DNA from: an uncultured delta proteobacterium
GTDB taxonomy: Bacteria; Desulfobacterota; Binatia; JACPRU01
Direction: 5' to 3'
DNA: 64,000 nucleotides
Assembly: GCA_963745025.1 (NCBI GenBank)
Contig: CAVUWD010000016.1
Location: forward strand, 384,001-448,000
Part shown: positions 8,867 through 17,277 of the stretch, one piece after another
Layout of the letters: each line of letters opens with the position of its first letter
Position numbering within the stretch: the stretch's first letter is position 1
Notes under the pieces: model-generated
Database searches by the model: none
What the model was told of the DNA's origin: nothing
What the model saw: the letters and a program-made list of their open reading frames with translations, nothing else
Position numbers and translations under genes: made by a program

Positions 8867-11623
8867 ATGCATACGGATCAACAAAACATCATCGGCTATT
8901 GCTACAACTGTGTGAACGGCCCGGATCTGTTCACCGTGAAAGTAGTGGATGGCGTGGCGATCGACATCGAGCCCTGCCACGAGGCGGCCAAAGTACCGAT
9001 CAGCAGCAAGCCTTGCGTCAAAGTGTATGGGCTGATTCAGAAGACCTACAGTCCGCACCGCGTCCTCACACCGATGAAGCGGACGAATCCGCGGAAGGGC
9101 GCTTACGAAGATCCGGGATTCGTTCCGATCTCCTGGGACGAAGCGCTCGATACGATCGCCGAGAAGCTCGTTGACATCCGTGCGCGCGGCGTGCTCGACG
9201 ACCAGGGCCTGCCACGGGTCGCCGCCAGCTTCGGCCACGGTGGCACGCCGACCTATTACATGGGGACCTTTCCCGCGTTCCTCGGCGCGTGGGGAGCGGT
9301 GGACTTCAGCTTCGGCTCGGGGCAGGGGACCAAGTGCCGGCACAACGAGCATCTCTACGGCGAGTACTGGCACCGCGCTTTCACGGTTTGTCCAGACACG
9401 CCGCTCACCCGCTACGTGGTCTCATTTGGCGACAACGTGGAGGCGACGGCCGGCGTCTGCGGCGTACTCCGTCATGCGGACGCGCGGGTGCGCGGCGCCA
9501 AGCGCGTACAGGTGGAGCCGCACTTGTCGATCGCCGGTGCGTGTTCCGCCGAGTGGGTGCCGATCAAGCCGAAGACCGATGCCGCGTTCCTGTTCGCGAT
9601 GCTGCACGTGCTTGTGAACGAGCAGCCGCGCGAGCGCCTAGACGTGCCCTTTCTGCGCGACCGGACGGCGTCGCCGTACCTGATCGGCCCGGGCGGCTTC
9701 TACCTCCGCGATCGCGAGAGTGGGAAGCCGCTCATCTGGGACGTGCAGAGCGCGAGTGCCGTGCCGTTCGACGCGCCCGATATCCAGCCCGCGCTCGAAG
9801 GCCGCTTCCGCGTCGGGGAGGCTATGGAGACCGGGCCGGACGGCGATCGGTTCTCGCACATCGACGTCGAGGCCGAGACGGCGTTCTCGCGGCTGGTCGA
9901 GCACATCGGGCGGTACACGCCGGAGTGGGCGGAAAAGGTCTGCGACGTGCCGGCCGCGACGATCCGTCGCGTCGCAGAAGAATATCTCGATCACGCCTGC
10001 GTGGGCGAGACGATCGAGATCGACGGCACGACGCTTCCCTTACGGCCGGTTGCGGTCACCCTGGGCAAGACCGTCAACAACGGCTGGGGGAGCTATGAAT
10101 GCTGCTGGGCGCGGACGATGCTCGCCGCGTTGGTGGGCGCGCTGGAGACCCCGGGAGGCACGCTCGGCACCTGCACGCGGCTCAACCGGCCGCACAGCAA
10201 CCGCGTGAAGAGCGTCCATCCAGGGCCGGACGGGTTCATGCTGAACACGCTGAACCCGACCGACGCCGAGCATTGGCTCTCTCATCCGAGCGGCCGCAAC
10301 GCCCACGACTCGCTGGTGCCCCTGCTGCTGAACGCCCCCGGATGGAGCCAGGCGCTCGGCCCCACGCAGCTCGCCTGGCTCTTCCAGCGCGAGACACCCG
10401 CAGGCTGGCCGAAGCCGACGTTGCCGGAGCTCTGGTTCGTGTTCCGCACCAACCCGCCGATCTCCTTCTTCGACAGCCGCAATCTCAGCGACACGATGAG
10501 CCGGATGCCCTTCGTGGTGTGCTTCGCCTACACGCGCGACGAGACCAACCAGGTGGCCGACCTGCTGCTCCCGGAGGCGACCGACCTCGAATCGCTCCAG
10601 CTCATCCGCCTCGGCGGGACGAAGTTCCAGGAGTACTTCTGGGAGCACGACGGCTACGCACTGCGCCGGCCAGCGGTTACCCCACGGGGCGAGGCGAGGG
10701 ACTTCACGTGGATCTCGACCGAGCTCGCGCGCCGCACGGGCCTCCGCGAACGCTACGTCGCCGCCGTCAACCGCGGCGCGGGCGTCGGCGTGCCGCTCTC
10801 GGGGGAAGGCTACGACTTCTCGCTGGATGCGGGCCGGGATCCCGGGGTCGAGGAGGTCTGGAACGCTGCCTGCAAGTCCGCGACCGCCTCGCTCTCGGGT
10901 GGTCGGGAAGTCAGGGACCTCGCCTGGTTCGCGGACCACGGCTTCTACACGGTGCCTTTCCCGCGGCTCGACTGGTACCTCTACCCGACGATGGTCGAAA
11001 AGCGCCTGCGCTTCGAGCTTCCCTACCAGGAGCGATTGATGCGCGCAGGCCTCGAGCTCGGCCGGCGGCTCCACGACCGCGGCATGCGTTGGTGGGACGA
11101 GCAGCTCACCGAGTACAAGGCGCTCCCCGAGTGGCACGACGTGCCCGGGCGCTGGGAGCAGGCGCTGCGCCATGCCGGGGCGGACCCGCACGACTATCCG
11201 CTGTGGATGCTCACCACCAAGAGCATGCAGTATCACTGTGGCGGCAACGTTTCGATCCAGCTGATGCACGAGGTCGCGCAGAACGTGCGGGGTCACGGCG
11301 GCCTCGTCGTCAATGCGAGGACCGCCGCGGAGCAAGGGATCGCCGCCGGCGACGTCGTCGAGGTGAGCTCGCCCTTCGGCTCGACACGCGGGCGCGCGAT
11401 CCTCGCGCAGGGCATCCGTCCCGACACGCTCGTCGCCGTGGGTCAGTTCGACCACTGGGTGACTCCTTACGCGAAGGACATGAACGCTCCGAGCATGAAC
11501 CCGTTGACGCCGATGTCGCTCGAGCTCACCGACAGCGCGGGCTCGGGAGCGGACATCATGCGGGTGAGGATTCGTCGGATCGCGGAAGGGCGGGGGCGCG
11601 CCGCTCGGGAGGCTCGGCGGTGA
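8867..11623 (+). CDS. padB: Mo-bisPGD oxidoreductase catalytic subunit, phenylacetyl-CoA:acceptor oxidoreductase-like
   Basis: YCYNCVNGPD...CVKVYGLIQKTY.PHR...PMKRTNP.KG..EDPGFVPISWDEAL. No Tat signal; C-terminal molybdopterin-dinucleotide-binding domain. Confidence 0.8.
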   Translation: MHTDQQNIIGYCYNCVNGPDLFTVKVVDGVAIDIEPCHEAAKVPISSKPCVKVYGLIQKTYSPHRVLTPMKRTNPRKGAYEDPGFVPISWDEALDTIAEKLVDIRARGVLDDQGLPRVAASFGHGGTPTYYMGTFPAFLGAWGAVDFSFGSGQGTKCRHNEHLYGEYWHRAFTVCPDTPLTRYVVSFGDNVEATAGVCGVLRHADARVRGAKRVQVEPHLSIAGACSAEWVPIKPKTDAAFLFAMLHVLVNEQPRERLDVPFLRDRTASPYLIGPGGFYLRDRESGKPLIWDVQSASAVPFDAPDIQPALEGRFRVGEAMETGPDGDRFSHIDVEAETAFSRLVEHIGRYTPEWAEKVCDVPAATIRRVAEEYLDHACVGETIEIDGTTLPLRPVAVTLGKTVNNGWGSYECCWARTMLAALVGALETPGGTLGTCTRLNRPHSNRVKSVHPGPDGFMLNTLNPTDAEHWLSHPSGRNAHDSLVPLLLNAPGWSQALGPTQLAWLFQRETPAGWPKPTLPELWFVFRTNPPISFFDSRNLSDTMSRMPFVVCFAYTRDETNQVADLLLPEATDLESLQLIRLGGTKFQEYFWEHDGYALRRPAVTPRGEARDFTWISTELARRTGLRERYVAAVNRGAGVGVPLSGEGYDFSLDAGRDPGVEEVWNAACKSATASLSGGREVRDLAWFADHGFYTVPFPRLDWYLYPTMVEKRLRFELPYQERLMRAGLELGRRLHDRGMRWWDEQLTEYKALPEWHDVPGRWEQALRHAGADPHDYPLWMLTTKSMQYHCGGNVSIQLMHEVAQNVRGHGGLVVNARTAAEQGIAAGDVVEVSSPFGSTRGRAILAQGIRPDTLVAVGQFDHWVTPYAKDMNAPSMNPLTPMSLELTDSAGSGADIMRVRIRRIAEGRGRAAREARR

Positions 11624-12270
11624 GCCGTTACGTGATGGTCGCCGATCTCCGCCGCTGCGTCGGCTGCCAGACCTGCACCGCGGCGTGCAAGGTGACCAAT
11701 GCCACGCCCGCGTGGGTCGAGTGGCGCTGGGTGCTCGACATCGAATCGGGTGAGTATCCCGACGTCTGGCGCGCGTTCGTCCCGGTTGGGTGCCAGCACT
11801 GCGCCAATCCACCCTGCATGGAGGTTTGCCCTTCGGGAGCGACCTGGCAGCGCGAGGACGGCATCGTCGCCATCGACTACGACCTCTGCATGGGCTGCTC
11901 CTACTGCGCGCTCGCATGCCCGTATCAGGCTCGTTACAAGGTCGAGAAGCCGCAATACGCCTACGGAGACTGCGCGATGGAGAGCGAAGTCGCTCGCGCG
12001 GACCCGAGGAGGATCGGCGTGGTCAGCAAGTGCGACTTCTGCGCCCAGCGCATCGACGACGGCCGGGCGCGGGGGCTCGTTCCCGGTGTCGATCCCGACG
12101 CGACTCCGGCCTGCGCGAACTCCTGCATCTCCCGCGCGCTCGCCTTTGGCGACCTGGAGGATCCTGAGAGCTCGGTCTCCCGGCTGCTCGCCGAGAACGA
12201 GTCCTTCCGCATGCACGACGAGCTCGGCACCGAGCCCGGCTTCTACTACCTCTGGGAGAAGAAGCGATGA
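11620..12270 (+). CDS. padC: 4x[4Fe-4S] electron-transfer subunit
   Basis: GTG start overlaps the padB stop. Cys motifs: DLRRCVGCQTCTAAC, CQHCANPPCMEVCP, CMGCSYCALACPY, KCDFC. Confidence 0.85.
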   Translation: MSRYVMVADLRRCVGCQTCTAACKVTNATPAWVEWRWVLDIESGEYPDVWRAFVPVGCQHCANPPCMEVCPSGATWQREDGIVAIDYDLCMGCSYCALACPYQARYKVEKPQYAYGDCAMESEVARADPRRIGVVSKCDFCAQRIDDGRARGLVPGVDPDATPACANSCISRALAFGDLEDPESSVSRLLAENESFRMHDELGTEPGFYYLWEKKR

Positions 12271-13136
12271 GAGGCGTCGAGCCCGCGCGGCAGCGGCACT
12301 GGAACTGGCGGGCCGCAGCCAACTTCATCGGCGGCGGCTCGGCCGCTGGGCTGTTCTTCTTTGCAGCCGTCGCTTCCGACGAGCAAGGCTCGTGGTTGTT
12401 GCGCGCCGCACCGCTCGCGCCGATGCTGGTGCTCGTCGGCCTCCTTTGCGTTGCCAGCGAGCTCGGGCGGCCGCTGCGCGCGGGCAACGTCTTCCGTCGC
12501 TGGCGGACCTCCTGGATGAGCCGGGAGGCGATTGCCATTGCCACGTTCCTTCCGGCTGCGGTGGCGACCGTCGTGCTGCGCTCGCCAACCGTCGCTTGGC
12601 TGGCCGCACTGCTCGGCCTCGCGCTCCTCTACTGCCAGGCGCGCATGCTGAAGGCGGCAAGAGGCATCCCTGCGTGGCGCGAGCCGGCAATCGTGCCGCT
12701 CGTCTTCGCGACGGGGCTCGTGGAGGGCGGGGGGATGTTCGTGATTCTCTCCGCTGCGTTCGGCGCGGTGCCGGGCGCCGCTCTGCTCGGTCTCTTCGCG
12801 CTGGTCGCCGCGCGCCTGCTCGTGTGGGGGTCCTACCAAGCGCGCGTTGCGATCCCGGGAGCGGCGCCGCGGGGTACGGTGGCGATCCTCGCGGACATCC
12901 GACTCCCGCTCGAGATCGCGGGTCACCTGCTACCGCTCGGCCTATTGGTGATCGCATTGGTCGCGAACAGTCCCATCGCAGCGAGCGGAGGGGCGTTCCT
13001 CGCGCTCGCCGCGGGTTGGTATCTCAAGCTGACTCTCGTCACCCGCGCGGCCTACGACCAGGGATTCGCCATCGCTCGCGCTCCAGCGCGTAGTCCGGGC
13101 TACAGCCGCGCCGGCGCCAAGCCGGGCTGGACCTGA
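12267..13136 (+). CDS. padD: DmsC/NrfD-type membrane anchor
   Basis: WNWRAAANFIGGG, ELGRPLRA, TSWMSREA; several hydrophobic helices; third gene of the operon. Confidence 0.8.
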   Translation: MRGVEPARQRHWNWRAAANFIGGGSAAGLFFFAAVASDEQGSWLLRAAPLAPMLVLVGLLCVASELGRPLRAGNVFRRWRTSWMSREAIAIATFLPAAVATVVLRSPTVAWLAALLGLALLYCQARMLKAARGIPAWREPAIVPLVFATGLVEGGGMFVILSAAFGAVPGAALLGLFALVAARLLVWGSYQARVAIPGAAPRGTVAILADIRLPLEIAGHLLPLGLLVIALVANSPIAASGGAFLALAAGWYLKLTLVTRAAYDQGFAIARAPARSPGYSRAGAKPGWT

Positions 13137-13229
13137 GATCGCAATGGACGGAGCTCCCCGTGTCGCGCGATGTGAGCGAGCCTGAACATCCTGCTTCGCG
13201 AAGCTGAGAACGCCGGCGACCTGACCCGG

Positions 13230-13360
13230 AATCCAGACGAAGTCCCTCTACGGTCCGAATGACGTTGCGGGCCGCCGGGTTCTCGCGGTGCATCGACATG
13301 CCTCCCTCGAGGAAGCCGGTCGTGCCCGAGGTGGAGATGATGTTGGCGACGTCGAGCGCC
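13230..13360 (-). pseudogene. Degraded acyl-CoA synthetase fragment
   Basis: DVANIISTSGTTGFLEGGMSMHREN resembles the AMP-binding motif D.ANIQYTSGTTGFPKG.MLTH.N; no full ORF surrounds it. Confidence 0.55.
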
Positions 13361-13429
13361 GTGTGCTCGCCGCGCCGCTCGCCAGGTCCTCGAGGTTGCG
13401 TCTCCACTGGCCTCTCGATGGCGGCGAGG

Positions 13430-13472
13430 CGGACATCCTTAAGTGCTTATGACCCGGACATCCTGAGTGCTT
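13430..13472. repeat. Tandem direct repeat, possible operator
   Basis: CGGACATCCTTAAGTGCTT (13430-13448) and CGGACATCCTGAGTGCTT (13455-13472), upstream of the CMD gene. Confidence 0.5.
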
Positions 13473-13560
13473 GTTACAGCCAGCGTGATTGCCGTTGCGC
13501 GCCGACCTACCGCGCACTATGAGCTGAGGTCGGAAGGCATGCGTCGGAAAGGAGATCTTG

Positions 13561-13914
13561 ATGAGCGTGAAACCGCAAAGAGGAGAGCCGCCCGCGGCGT
13601 ATCGTGACTTCGTTCGCCGCTTTCCGAAGCTCGGCGAATCGTGGGAAGCCGCACGGCAGGCGGAGCAAGATGGGCCGCTCGACGAGAAGACCTCGCGCCT
13701 GGTGAAGCTCGGAGTGGCGATCGGCGCGTTTCGCGAAGGCGCCGCGCACTCGGCCGTGAGAAAAGCTCTGGCGGCGGGCGCCTCGGCGGCCGAAGTGCGG
13801 CACGTGATCGCCCTGGCGGCGAGCATCATCGGCTTGCCGTCGAGCGTCGCCGCCTATGGCTGGCTCCGCGAAGAGCTCGACGGTGGTCGCGGCGCGAGGC
13901 GGCGTCGGCGCTAG
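13561..13914 (+). CDS. Carboxymuconolactone decarboxylase (CMD/AhpD-like) family protein
   Basis: GPLDEKTSRLVKLGVAIG...GAAHSAVRKALAAGAS..E; GGAG RBS; no CxxC. Confidence 0.8.
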   Translation: MSVKPQRGEPPAAYRDFVRRFPKLGESWEAARQAEQDGPLDEKTSRLVKLGVAIGAFREGAAHSAVRKALAAGASAAEVRHVIALAASIIGLPSSVAAYGWLREELDGGRGARRRRR

Positions 13915-13920
13915 GGCGAC

Positions 13921-14883
13921 TCAGCCGCCGCGGTTTGCCACCGCGCGGGGAAGCTCTGCAGCGGCCCGCAGAGACAGGATCTCGGCGCGATAGAGATCCG
14001 CGCACTGGCGGCAGAGACCGGCTGTTGGATTCCAGCTCGGAAAGTCTGCGATGATCCGCTTCACGACCGTGTGTGGAAGCGATCGCGGTTCGGGCTCGGG
14101 CGAATAGGTCGGAAAGCGACAAAGCGGACAGCGGCCCCCCGGGACGAGCGAAACCGCTTCGTGTTCGCCTCGCGGCATCGCCGCGAACGCTGCCCACTCG
14201 GCGTGCGTGCGGATCTCGCCGTCGAGCAGGCCCTGGAACCTCTCGTTGACCGCCGGTCCGAGCATGGGAAACGCGGCCGCGAACGCTCTCCGGGCGTCGG
14301 CGACCGCATCTTCCGTGGCGACGCCGCGGCGCACCAGCCTTCCCGCGACGCTCGCATCCCAAATCACCCGGTAGCGCTCGCGGGCGAGATGCTCGTGCGC
14401 GGGATCCCCTCCGCCCGGCAGTGTCGGCTGATAACCGAAGGCGGGATCGACCATGTCGGCAACCTTGAGGAGCTCGGCGCGGAGCCATCCGAGGAGTCGA
14501 GGAACGTCCTCGAGCGTCGTCGTGCGGACGCGCACGAGGACGCTCCGGCCGCTGCGGGCTGCCTCCTCGGGGGCGACGAGGAGATCGACGATCTCGTCCT
14601 GGCGCGAGAGGGCGCGGCTCACCAGGCACCGCGCGCAAGCCTCGCCGAGCACCGGGAGCTCGCCGAGGGCGCGGCGAAACGGCTGGTCGAGACCGAGACG
14701 GAAGAACCACTCGCGATGGAGGCGGGTGAAAGCCGGCTCGCGATCCTCAGGCGGGAAACGATAGAGAGGATCGCGAGCGCGGCGGAGGGCTTGCTCCTCG
14801 GCGTGCCCGGCAATCGCGCGCAGTACCGCCTCCTCCGCCAGGTCCGCCGAGAACGAGATCGAGAAGTCGCTATCCCGCGTCAT
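13921..14883 (-). CDS. Hypothetical protein at the end of the nxr operon with a C-terminal CxxC..CxxC metal finger
   Basis: ATG 14883 is coupled (ATGA) to the chaperone stop; contains CPLC and CRQC. Confidence 0.7.
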   Translation of the reverse strand: MTRDSDFSISFSADLAEEAVLRAIAGHAEEQALRRARDPLYRFPPEDREPAFTRLHREWFFRLGLDQPFRRALGELPVLGEACARCLVSRALSRQDEIVDLLVAPEEAARSGRSVLVRVRTTTLEDVPRLLGWLRAELLKVADMVDPAFGYQPTLPGGGDPAHEHLARERYRVIWDASVAGRLVRRGVATEDAVADARRAFAAAFPMLGPAVNERFQGLLDGEIRTHAEWAAFAAMPRGEHEAVSLVPGGRCPLCRFPTYSPEPEPRSLPHTVVKRIIADFPSWNPTAGLCRQCADLYRAEILSLRAAAELPRAVANRGG

Positions 14884-15665
14884 GGGCCTTCCGGGAGCGA
14901 CCCGCATGACGTCTCGCATCCCATCGGCGCGCTGCATGCCGTCGGATCAGGCCGCAGGCCAAGCGTCTCGGGGCCAAGCTCGATCCCGAGGCGCCTGCAG
15001 TCGGTCTCGACGAGCACGAGGAGGAACTGGCCGAGCGCCGCATAGAATCCTTCGCCATCCACGCGAGCCAAGCGGCGCGCAAACACCGGTGCGAAGCGGC
15101 CGAGGTGATCGCGCAGGAAGAGAGCCGTGGCACCTACGGTCGCCCCACGCATCCCGTCGTCGTCGACCTCGAGTGCGTAGGCTTCCTTCCATGCGAGAAA
15201 CGAGGCGAACTCGCACTCGCAGCTCACGTGGTCGATGCGCTCGTGCGCGTCCGTGCGGAGCGCGAGGCCGAAAGCCCCGGCGAACCCCGAGAGGTCACCG
15301 AGCTCCTGCGGCTGCTGGAAGAGCGCCTCCGCCCCGTACTCGGTCTCGTAGGCGGGAACCTCGCCGCGTGCGGTGTGGCCGAAGAGGCGCAGATAGGCCG
15401 CGGCGAGCTCGTCCAGCGTGGCATTGGCTCGAGCGATTGCGCGGACGCGGCGAGCGAGATCCGCGCCGGCCGCGGAGCTCACGGCTTGGAGCCGGAGAGC
15501 CGCCTCGGTGAGAGCGCCGACGGCCTCGTGATCGGTGAGGCGCTCAATCGTCTCGGCGGTTGGCGGGCGAAAGCCGAGGGAGAGCGCCGCGTAGAGGACT
15601 CCGCGGCTGAGAGCCAGCTCTTGGTCGCGGTCCTTTGCCCTTGCCTGCTCAGATCGAGTTTGCAT
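14880..15665 (-). CDS. TorD/DmsD-family Mo-enzyme chaperone (NxrD-like)
   Basis: YLRLFGH...VPAYETEY...ERIDHVSCECEF...FLRDHLGRF. Confidence 0.85.
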   Translation of the reverse strand: MQTRSEQARAKDRDQELALSRGVLYAALSLGFRPPTAETIERLTDHEAVGALTEAALRLQAVSSAAGADLARRVRAIARANATLDELAAAYLRLFGHTARGEVPAYETEYGAEALFQQPQELGDLSGFAGAFGLALRTDAHERIDHVSCECEFASFLAWKEAYALEVDDDGMRGATVGATALFLRDHLGRFAPVFARRLARVDGEGFYAALGQFLLVLVETDCRRLGIELGPETLGLRPDPTACSAPMGCETSCGSLPEGP

Positions 15666-16928
15666 GCTCTCTCCCGCGAACGTGGAACGGCTCCTCGACC
15701 GTGGTGCGGAAGAGCTCCTTCCCGTCTTTTCCGTAGGCGATGACGGTGTCGTTGTAGAGCGTGATCGGCTTGCCGCGGAGCTGGCCCTCGTAGATCTTCG
15801 GCCCCTCCTTGATCTCGTAGCGGAAGATGATCCGGTTCGAGCGCCGGAAGAGCTGCAGCACCGCGAGCAGCTCGCGGTCGGGGTTCGCGTAGCGCTCGAT
15901 CGCGCTGATCGACGCCGGGGCCGAACATCTGCCGGAGGTACGGCCGCGGCACCCAGCGCGGCGGGATGTAGTAGCCGTTCGGGCTGCGGTGCCGAACTGC
16001 GGGTAGAGCGGCAGCGCCACCTTGGCGACGTGGACGAGGTAGTAGAGCGGGTTGCTGCCGGTCCTCGGCCCAGGTGCCGTCATCGGCCATCTTGCACCAG
16101 CCCCTGCATGCGGATCTGGCCGATGCACGCCGCCATGCAGCGCGTCTCCATCGGCTCGCCCTCGCTCTCCGGGTCCTTGCCCTCGACGCGCGGGTAGCAG
16201 GCGATGCACTTCTCGCTGGTGCGCGTGTTGCCGCGGTACATCGACTTCTTGTACGGGCAGGCCTCGACGCACTTGCGGTAGCCGCGGCACTCGCTCTGGT
16301 CGATGAGCACGATGCCGTCCTCGGGGCGCTTGTAGATGGCCTTTCGCGGGCAGGCGGCGAGGCACGCCGGATAGTGCAGTGGTTGCAGATGCGCGCAAGG
16401 TAGAAGAACCAGGTCTTGTGCTCGGGGAGCTGCACGCCCGTGCCGATCCCAGCTCGCATCGGACTGCCGCGCTCGCCGACCGGGTTGTCCTCGTAGATGT
16501 TCGGCGAGTTCCACTCCTCGTCGGTCGGCAGGTAGCCGAGCACCCGAGCGCTGTCCGGGACGAGGGTCGTTCGCGGCCGCCTCGAAGATCGTCTGCCCTT
16601 CGAACGCGCCGTAGGGGCCTTCGCATCGTCCGTCGGCGCTGCCGCGTCCAGCGCTGTCCGTCCGGGGTTGGCCTCCTCGAGCATCTCGAGAATCTTCGCG
16701 TCCCAGCACTGCGGGTAGCCGCCGTAGGGCTTGGTCTCGACGTTGGCCCACCACATGTGCTCCTGGCCCTTGCTGAACGTCCAGGTGGACTTGCACGCCA
16801 TCGTGCAGCTCTGGCAGGCGATGCAGCGGTTGATGTTGAAGACGAAGGCGAACTGCCGGTCGGGGAACGCAGCCGTCGTACGGATAGTCCATCTCGCGGC
16901 CGAGCTGCCAGTTGTTCACGGTCGGCAT
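15649..16928 (-). CDS. nxrB: Nitrite oxidoreductase/nitrate reductase beta subunit (Nitrospira/anammox type), multiple apparent frameshifts
   Basis: Pieces in three frames: MPTVNNWQLGREMDYPY; CKSTWTFSKGQEHMWWANVETKPYGGYP; FFYLARICNHCT; ACPRKAIYKRPEDGIVLIDQ; ETRCMAACIGQIR; VALPLYPQFGT; LYNDTVI. Confidence 0.9.
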
Positions 16929-16930
16929 GA

Positions 16931-17277
16931 TTACCTCCTGCGCCGGAAGAGCGTCAGCGGCTCCGGCTCCGGCATCGTCGTCGACAGCGATCCGGTCACC
17001 ACGACACGCTGAACCGACCCCAGACGGCGAGGCTCTCGTCGACGATGCGCGCCGATCTCGTCGTCGCCGAGCAGCGCGCCAGGCCTGCGTGCGCGCCGGC
17101 GTAGTACGGGGTTCGCGGAACAGCCGCGAGAATCTGGGCTCGGTCGTGAGCCCAGCTGCGCGAACTCGTCGGCGAACGCGGCCGCCATCTCGTGCGTCGC
17201 GATTCGCGTCGCCAGGCAGCGTCACGCCAACCAGCTCCATGCGGATCCTCGGGATCGGGTTCGTCGTAGGGGGTCAC
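16931..17277 (-). CDS. Small hypothetical protein between nxrA and nxrB, frameshifted
   Basis: Joined pieces MTPYDEPDPEDP/ELVGVTLPGD/EMAAAFADEFAQLG/HDRAQIL/YAGAH/IVDESLAVWGRF; GTG start overlaps the nxrA stop. Confidence 0.6.

Noticed and set aside
10099-12270. 723-aa ORF with a ferredoxin C-terminus
   Set aside because: Its N-terminal part is a shadow frame of padB; padC starts at 11620.
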